A stretch of 32,000 nt of DNA. Source: Vibrio vulnificus CMCP6 (lineage in GTDB: Bacteria > Pseudomonadota > Gammaproteobacteria > Enterobacterales > Vibrionaceae). Under the pieces are notes generated by a model, which was given only the letters and a program-made list of their open reading frames with translations, ran no database searches and was not told where the DNA came from. The DNA is taken from positions 2,211,127 through 2,243,126 of the forward strand of contig NC_004459.3 of assembly GCF_000039765.1 (NCBI RefSeq). Reading direction: 5' to 3'. This document shows, one piece after another, positions 26,630 through 32,000 of this stretch. The stretch's first letter is position 1. Each line of letters starts with the position of its first letter. A program made the translations under genes and the position numbers.

Positions 26630-28468
26630 ATGACCCTACCTTTTCTTTTTCATGCGCAAACGCCGGATTATTTCCGCGTTGAGAATCAAATCGCTCACGT
26701 TACCTTAAGAACTCAGCCTGAAGGAATTCAAGCCGTCTACCTGCGGCACGAGCCTGACAATGAAGAGTACTTAGTAGAAATGCAGCGAGTCTCTAAGTTA
26801 GGGGAACTCGATGGCTGGCAAGCGTCATTCCCTTTGAATAAAGACCGAGAGATCACCCAGTACGTTTTCAAAGTGATCACAGAAGGTGCCACTGTCTGGT
26901 TAGACGCTCGTGGCGTACAGAAACGGATGCCAGGCAGCGAGTACCATTTCAAATACAACCAATCTCATCAGCCGCCAGAGTGGGTGAGTGAGCAGATTTT
27001 CTACCAAATTTTCCCTGATCGATTCTGTAATGGTAACCCAGAGATCAGCGTTAAAAGTGGCGAATACTCGGTAAAAAATGGCACACGCCCTGTGGTCGCA
27101 AAAGAGTGGGGAGCGGCCGTTGACAAACACAATGGCTATGGGGGTTGTGAGTTTTATGGCGGGGACTTGGCTGGCATTCGCAGCAAATTGGATTACCTGC
27201 AAACCTTGGGCGTGACAGCGCTCTATCTCAATCCGATTTTTTCGGCGCCGAGCAATCACAAGTACGACACCACTGATTACTTAACCATTGATCCGCATTT
27301 GGGAAGCAATCAAGAGTTTGCAGAGTTGAGCGAAGCGCTTCATCAACGCGGTATGAAAATTGTGCTTGATGCCGTTTTCAATCACACCTCATGTGAGCAC
27401 CCTTGGTTTGACAAAAATGGGGTAGGTGAGATAGGGGCCTATCACCACATCGAATCGCCTTATCGCCACTATTATTTTTTCGAAGACGGTAGCCAAAATT
27501 ATATTGGCTGGAAGGGCGTTGACAGTTTACCAGTACTGAATTTTGAAAATGCGGAGGTACGTAATTACATTTATGCCAGCGAACACGCGGCCATTCGCCA
27601 CTGGTTGAAAGCACCCTATCGAATCGATGGTTGGCGTTTTGACGTGATCCACATGCTTGGAGAAGGTGAAGGGGCGCGCAACAATGCCTACTATGTTAAG
27701 CAGTTCCGCAATGCGACTAAACAAGAAAACCCTCAAGCTTATGTATTAGGGGAGCATTTCTTCGAGGCGAGCAAGTGGCTCCAAGGCGATCAAGAAGACG
27801 GCTCGATGAATTACTACGGCTTTGCCCATCCAGTGAGAGCATTATTGGCCCAAAAAGACATTGCCTACCATCCTATTGAGATCGACTGCATCGATTTTGT
27901 TGATTGGCTAAATGAATCACGCGCTAAAGTACCTTGGCTTAACCAGCTCAGCCAGTTCAATCAACTTGACAGCCACGATACCGCACGTTTTATTACCTTG
28001 TTGGAAAATGACCAAGCGCGCATGAACATTGCTCTCGGCTTGCTGTTCACTTATGTCGGAACCCCTTGTATCTATTATGGTAGTGAAGTTGGACTGGAAG
28101 GTGAGAATGACCCAGATAACCGCCGCTGTTTCCCGTGGGAGCGTGTTGGTCATGTGGAGACGTTCCAATATCACCAACGTCTCATTGAACTTCGCAAAAC
28201 GTCTAAGGCGCTGCAGCAAGGGTCGATCCAATTTTTGCATGTTGAGCCAACGTCGTTCAGTTTTGCTCGTCAGTATGGTGAAGACACTCTGCTTGTGATG
28301 GTCAACTTAGATTCGAAGGCATGCTCTATGACGCTGCCAATTTGGCAACTTGGAAAGCCGCAAGGACGTCTGGTTTCCCTATTGGGTAATGAAAGTGCTT
28401 TGCAAGTAAATAGTAAAGTTGTGGTTAATATCTCTTCTGAATCCATTCAAATTTGGAAACTTGAGTGA
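26630..28468 (+). CDS. malZ: Maltodextrin glucosidase (GH13 alpha-amylase family)
   Basis: QIFYQIFPDRFCNG, GGDLAGIRSKLDYLQTLGVTALYLNPIF, DAVFNHTS, GWRFDVIHML, LGEHF and LDSHDTARF are the GH13 conserved regions. The N-terminal layout resembles E. coli MalZ. The start is set at the ATG at 26630 (MTLPFLFHAQ), since the track extension from 26534 is not homologous. Confidence 0.85.
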   Translation: MTLPFLFHAQTPDYFRVENQIAHVTLRTQPEGIQAVYLRHEPDNEEYLVEMQRVSKLGELDGWQASFPLNKDREITQYVFKVITEGATVWLDARGVQKRMPGSEYHFKYNQSHQPPEWVSEQIFYQIFPDRFCNGNPEISVKSGEYSVKNGTRPVVAKEWGAAVDKHNGYGGCEFYGGDLAGIRSKLDYLQTLGVTALYLNPIFSAPSNHKYDTTDYLTIDPHLGSNQEFAELSEALHQRGMKIVLDAVFNHTSCEHPWFDKNGVGEIGAYHHIESPYRHYYFFEDGSQNYIGWKGVDSLPVLNFENAEVRNYIYASEHAAIRHWLKAPYRIDGWRFDVIHMLGEGEGARNNAYYVKQFRNATKQENPQAYVLGEHFFEASKWLQGDQEDGSMNYYGFAHPVRALLAQKDIAYHPIEIDCIDFVDWLNESRAKVPWLNQLSQFNQLDSHDTARFITLLENDQARMNIALGLLFTYVGTPCIYYGSEVGLEGENDPDNRRCFPWERVGHVETFQYHQRLIELRKTSKALQQGSIQFLHVEPTSFSFARQYGEDTLLVMVNLDSKACSMTLPIWQLGKPQGRLVSLLGNESALQVNSKVVVNISSESIQIWKLE

Positions 28469-28522
28469 CAGTTCTGGCACAATCTATTAATATTTGAGCT
28501 GTTCTCAAACAAAAGACATTAG

Positions 28523-28560
28523 ACCCTTTGACACGCTTTGGCGGTCAAAGGGTTTTGTTT
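28523..28560 (+). terminator. Intrinsic terminator after malZ
   Basis: ACCCTTTGAC-acgctttggcg-GTCAAAGGGT followed by TTTTGTTT, a 10-bp stem. It lies inside the track's 5' extension of the next ORF, which argues that the extension is not coding. Confidence 0.75.
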
Positions 28561-28578
28561 CTCAGCATTCTTGGTTAT

Positions 28579-30075
28579 CGAATGAGTAAAAAAAGACAAT
28601 TTAGCCGACGCTTTGTGGTGTTATTCCCCGCGTTGATTTTTTTGGCTGTGATCTCTATGACGGTCAAGAATTACTACGATTCGATCAATCGACACATCGA
28701 TGAGGAGTACGAACGCATTGATCGGATGCTGACGAGAAGCATAAAAATTCTAACCGCCTTGGAATACAGCTTTAGTAGTTACACCGACGACGGTTATTCG
28801 ATTTTGAGTAATCACAACAACAAACAAGAAAATGGTTTGTGCTTTATTTGGCCGATTGATCCGCTCTTAATGGCCGACGGCATGGTCCCCGATCAGCCTG
28901 AAGTGGACATCGACTACATGCTGGCAGGGTTACCGGAGTTGTGCGCGCCTGGAAGTTATTTAAATCAACGAGTCAGTGAGAAATCAGGGTTTGCTCCGTC
29001 GCTTTCCTTTTTACATGATCTCGAGCCGTTTATGGTCAGTATTCTTTACATCGACAAGCACGGTTACGTGATTTCATCACCAGAAACGTATGCGGCATCG
29101 TTCAGTGTTGAGTTGCTCGATACTTTAAAAGCCCGTCCTTTTTGGCAGAAAACCGCCAGTAATCCCGGTCGAGTGACGTTTTCTGGCCCAGGCTATGAAT
29201 TTGATATCAAAACCGCGACGCAAGAGTCTCGGTATTCACTCAGTATCCCGGTATATGAGAAAGGTGAGCATCAAGGAATGCTGCTCATCAGTATTGAAGC
29301 GAAGACACTGCTCACCACCAATAAACAGTTGGCAGGTGAATTTCATTTGTGGAATACCGAGTCACCCATACCGCCAAATGCTTTGCGCGTGCGCGACATT
29401 GACTTCCCAACACTCAATGACTCTCACGTTATTTTCTACACTTTCGATTGGACTCGAGAGCTAAAGAACTTTGTTTCTTACGAGAAATACAGCTTAGCGG
29501 CGGCGATTTTTATCTACCTGCTTTCGACCTTTACACTCTTTTTGGTCAACACTCGTCACGAACGTCAGTATTTTAAAGATCTCGCCACCAAAGATCCGAT
29601 GACAGGACTACTCAATCGACGTGGTATGCAGTCGGTTTGGCGAAACAAGATCACCAAAAAGAAAATTGCTTTAGCCGTGTTTGATATTGATAACTTTAAA
29701 TCGATCAATGATAGCCATGGCCATGATGTGGGTGATGAAGCGATCAAATTAGTGGCCAGTTGTATTCGCGACAATATTCGCCAATGCGATGTTGCGTCTC
29801 GATTTGGCGGTGAAGAGTTTGTCATTACCCTTTATGGCGATGAGTGCGATGGCATGGAGAAAGTGCTCGCGAGAGTTCGTGAAGCCGTTAATGAACGGTC
29901 ACCTCAAGTGGTGAGACATGGTTTTACCATTTCGGCAGGCGTGGTGATACGTGAAATGGGCGCAGGTGACAGCTTTGACGCTTTATTCAAAGCTGCCGAT
30001 GACAGTCTTTACCAAGCGAAAAACAGTGGTAAAGACAAAATTGTTTACTGTGCCACCTCGAGCTGTTCGCGATAG
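28579..30075 (+). CDS. Membrane-anchored diguanylate cyclase (TM - periplasmic Cache-like sensor - TM - GGDEF)
   Basis: The N-terminus is [26 protein letters not shown] (TM1). A periplasmic region of about 280 aa carries Cache-like strings ([17 protein letters not shown] and [19 protein letters not shown]). TM2 is [17 protein letters not shown]. The GGDEF domain is intact: [19 protein letters not shown] and RFGGEEF, with an RQCD (RxxD) I-site 5 residues upstream. Confidence 0.88.
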   Translation, partial: RMSKKRQFSRRFVVLFPALIFLAVISMTVKNYYDSINRHIDEEYERIDRMLTRSIKILTALEYSFSSYTDDGYSILSNHNNKQENGLCFIWPIDPLLMADGMVPDQPEVDIDYMLAGLPELCAPGSYLNQRVSEKSGFAPSLSFLHDLEPFMVSILYIDKHGYVISSPETYAASFSVELLDTLKARPFWQKTASNPGRVTFSGPGYEFDIKTATQESRYSLSIPVYEKGEHQGMLLISIEAKTLLTTNKQLAGEFHLWNTESPIPPNALRVRDIDFPTLNDSHVIFYTFDWTRELKNFVSYEKYSLAAAIFIYLLSTFTLFLVNTRHERQYFKDLATKDPMTGLLNRRGMQSVWRNKITKKKIALAVFDIDNFKSINDSHGHDVGDEAIKLVASCIRDNIRQCDVASRFGGEEFVITLYGDECDGMEKVLARVREAVNERSPQVVRHGFTISAGVVIREMGAGDSFDALFKAADDSLYQAKNSGKDKIVYCATSSCSR

Positions 30076-31001
30076 TGATGCAGATGCTCAACGATGCTTT
30101 CCACTTGCGTCAAGGTGCGAATATCGCGGAATAGGTCAGCCGCTTGTGGGTATGCTTGGCGCAAATAAGCAAACCACTGCTTGATACGATTTGGGTAATA
30201 TTTCCCTTTGTCGCCACGCACTTCGTATTGGGTGTATTTGAGCAATAAATCCACCACTTCGTGCCACGGCATCGCACGGTGATTGTGCTTAACGATGTTG
30301 CCCAAGTTAGGCACGTTTAATGCGCCACGGCACACCATCAAAGAATCGATGCCAGTGGTTTCAATACAGGCTTGACCATCGGCATAGTTCCAGATTTCGC
30401 CATTAGCAATCAAAGGAATCGTGGAACGTTGGCGGATTTGGTCAATGTAATCCCATTTGATTTCACTCGCTTTATAGCCGCCAGCTTTGGTTCTTGCATG
30501 GACGGTTAATTCATCCGCTTTGCCTTGCTCTACCGCGTCCACAATCTCGAAACAATCTTCCGGGTTTTCCCAGCCCAAACGAATTTTGGCGGAAACTGGA
30601 ATGTGCGAGGGCACTGCATCACGACACGCTTTGACCACTTGATAGATTAGTTCCGGGTGTTGCAGCAGCGCTGCGCCCCCTTTGCTTTGATTAACCATCT
30701 TTGCCGGACAACCAAAGTTTAGATCGATACCATGCGCACCGAGCTGCGCGGCGCGGATAGCATTTTCGGCCATCCAGTGGGGATCTTGGCCTAACAGCTG
30801 CACTTTGACAGGAACACCATTTTTTGTTTTTGACCCTTGTTTCAGTTCAGGGCAGAGGCGATAAAACACATGGTCTGGGAGTGGTTGGCTGACAACGCGA
30901 ACAAACTCAGTGACACAAAAATCGTAGTCATTGATTTCGGTAAGCATCTCTCGCATCAGGTGGTCGAGCACACCTTCCATCGGTCCCAATATCACTCGCA
31001 T
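30045..31001 (-). CDS. dusC: tRNA-dihydrouridine synthase C
   Basis: [37 protein letters not shown]...DLNFGCP...TVHARTK...IANGEI closely parallels E. coli DusC as I remember it ([37 protein letters not shown]). Confidence 0.9.
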   Translation of the reverse strand: MRVILGPMEGVLDHLMREMLTEINDYDFCVTEFVRVVSQPLPDHVFYRLCPELKQGSKTKNGVPVKVQLLGQDPHWMAENAIRAAQLGAHGIDLNFGCPAKMVNQSKGGAALLQHPELIYQVVKACRDAVPSHIPVSAKIRLGWENPEDCFEIVDAVEQGKADELTVHARTKAGGYKASEIKWDYIDQIRQRSTIPLIANGEIWNYADGQACIETTGIDSLMVCRGALNVPNLGNIVKHNHRAMPWHEVVDLLLKYTQYEVRGDKGKYYPNRIKQWFAYLRQAYPQAADLFRDIRTLTQVESIVEHLHHYREQLEVAQ

Positions 31002-31160
31002 CTTTATTCTGGCCTCTCAAAAAATGAGGCGCGATTGTAGCGATTCACTGAGAGCTTGTCACGAGAAGAGGCAAGGAGAGAGGCTTTTCATGATTTAATC
31101 CCCCCATTTACTTTGCTTAGGTATATAATCCGGCCAAATTGAACAACAAGTGTTTCAACG

Positions 31161-31769
31161 ATGCAATATCAATTAATTGAATTCAATGACGCTTCCAGCC
31201 AAGCTTCTGCTTGGTTTATTGAAGGCGCAGTTTTAGCGGCGAACTTAACGATTCAACCGACCGATCCTGATACCTGGTTAACCGAGTTGCTGGGGGATGT
31301 GTCTGCCGAGCTTCGCGCGGCTGTGACGGAGCAAATTCATAAGCAGCATAATCGGATTTTACGCAATGAATATTCATTGCTCGAGCTCGTAGGCGATGAA
31401 AGAGATAACTTGGCCGACTTTGCTGAAGGTTTTATGTCTTTGTGGCCAAGAGTTGAAGAGCAATGGCAATCCGCCATCGTCAATGACGGCACTCAACGCA
31501 TGATGCAGGCGCTCTTTACCAGCTTTATGTTGGCCATTGATGAAGAGAGTACTCAACAGCAAATGCTCGCTGCGGGAATTGAAGCGCCTCCCGCTTTGAG
31601 CGATTTCATTGACCAAATGGATTTGATGATCAACGAAGTGGCGCTTGCCGCCGATGAACTGATGGTTGGCAACAAATCACAAAGTTTGAATCCTTTCAAA
31701 GGAGTAGGGCGAAACGACCCTTGTCCTTGTCAAAGTGGCAAAAAATTCAAACAGTGTTGTGGCCAATAA
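31161..31769 (+). CDS. yecA: YecA-family (UPF0149) protein with C-terminal SEC-C metal-binding motif
   Basis: 202 aa, ending [20 protein letters not shown], which is the SEC-C Zn motif CPCxSGxKxKxCC. The acidic helical body is typical of UPF0149. Confidence 0.8.
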   Translation: MQYQLIEFNDASSQASAWFIEGAVLAANLTIQPTDPDTWLTELLGDVSAELRAAVTEQIHKQHNRILRNEYSLLELVGDERDNLADFAEGFMSLWPRVEEQWQSAIVNDGTQRMMQALFTSFMLAIDEESTQQQMLAAGIEAPPALSDFIDQMDLMINEVALAADELMVGNKSQSLNPFKGVGRNDPCPCQSGKKFKQCCGQ

Positions 31770-31786
31770 TCAACACGCGACAAAAA

Positions 31787-31820
31787 ACAGCCGACTCTGA
31801 ATGAGTCGGCTGTTTTTTTT
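31787..31820. terminator. Bidirectional intrinsic terminator
   Basis: aaaaaACAGCCGACTCtgaatGAGTCGGCTGTtttttttt is an 11-bp perfect stem with an A-run upstream and a T8 run downstream. It lies between yecA (+) and the edge ORF (-). Confidence 0.85.
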
Positions 31821-31846
31821 AACTGCAATCCGAGTCAGCGTCGGAA

Positions 31847-32000
31847 CTATTTTGATTTGAAAAACTGAGCAATAACGATAAATGCGAGCGCCACTAGGTT
31901 GCCAGCAAAAATAATCACCAACCATTGTGGCATCGAAAGTGTCATGAACTGCCATACGATTTTGCTACAGTCACCATAGGCTTCAAACATCCAAGGCGCC
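31847..32000 (-). CDS. C-terminal end of a membrane protein, or a short membrane peptide; truncated by the window edge
   Basis: Not in the ORF track. My reverse-strand translation gives ...APWMFEAYGDCSKIVWQFMTLSMPQWLVIIFAGNLVALAFIVIAQFFKSK*. It ends in a clean TM helix plus a basic tail, with the stop (complement of 31847-31849) just before the bidirectional terminator. The alternative track ORF in another frame runs through the terminator hairpin. Confidence 0.4.
   Translation of the reverse strand, partial: APWMFEAYGDCSKIVWQFMTLSMPQWLVIIFAGNLVALAFIVIAQFFKSK

Noticed and set aside
31770-31955. 61-aa - strand track ORF (MAVHDTFDAT...)
   Set aside because: It reads straight through the 11-bp-stem bidirectional terminator at 31787-31820. 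A different frame gives a clean TM helix that stops just before the terminator, and I annotated that frame instead.
1-32000. Mobile elements, CRISPR arrays, tRNA/rRNA genes, integron-type repeats, and defence or toxin-antitoxin gene pairs
   Set aside because: I saw no transposase, integrase or recombinase-like ORFs, no direct-repeat arrays, no long terminal inverted repeats, and no intergenic region long or structured enough for a tRNA or rRNA. All large ORFs are accounted for by core-type functions.

Overview
The window looks like a core chromosomal segment of a Vibrio-like gammaproteobacterium. That assignment is an inference from gene content and the protein sequences; nothing was searched. 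I support 21 complete CDSs and 2 edge-truncated CDSs. One truncated CDS at each window edge is absent from the supplied ORF track because it is open-ended. I found no tRNA or rRNA genes, CRISPR arrays, transposases, integrases, phage genes or long DNA repeats.

Recognisable housekeeping blocks:
- metR and metE, divergent, with MetJ-box-like repeats between them
- yfbV, ackA and pta, in the same arrangement as E. coli
- malZ, dusC and yecA
- a ygiQ-type radical SAM gene
- a three-gene PF04392-type ABC importer
- a SulP permease next to a PLP-dependent desulfhydrase/ACC-deaminase-family gene
- an AraC-family regulator divergent from an AhpD-core gene

Four large c-di-GMP turnover genes are interspersed among these. 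They are a Cache-GGDEF-EAL protein, a membrane-sensor GGDEF cyclase, and a tandem pair of diverged paralogs with the architecture PAS-PAS-degenerate GGDEF-EAL-CBS pair. The tandem pair is followed, with no visible terminator, by a family-less polytopic membrane protein of about 7 TM segments. This is the most plausible under-described unit in the window.

I see no convincing evidence for a defence, toxin or mobile system. Every novelty statement here is a hypothesis that needs database searches I could not run.

Smaller observations made directly in the sequence:
- a perfect 10-bp hairpin that occludes the RBS and start codon of a small DUF4250-like gene
- two UUCG-tetraloop hairpins in the ackA-pta spacer
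- several clean intrinsic terminators
- a 31-bp convergent CDS overlap
- a Gly/Arg/Lys/Ser-rich disordered tail on YgiQ
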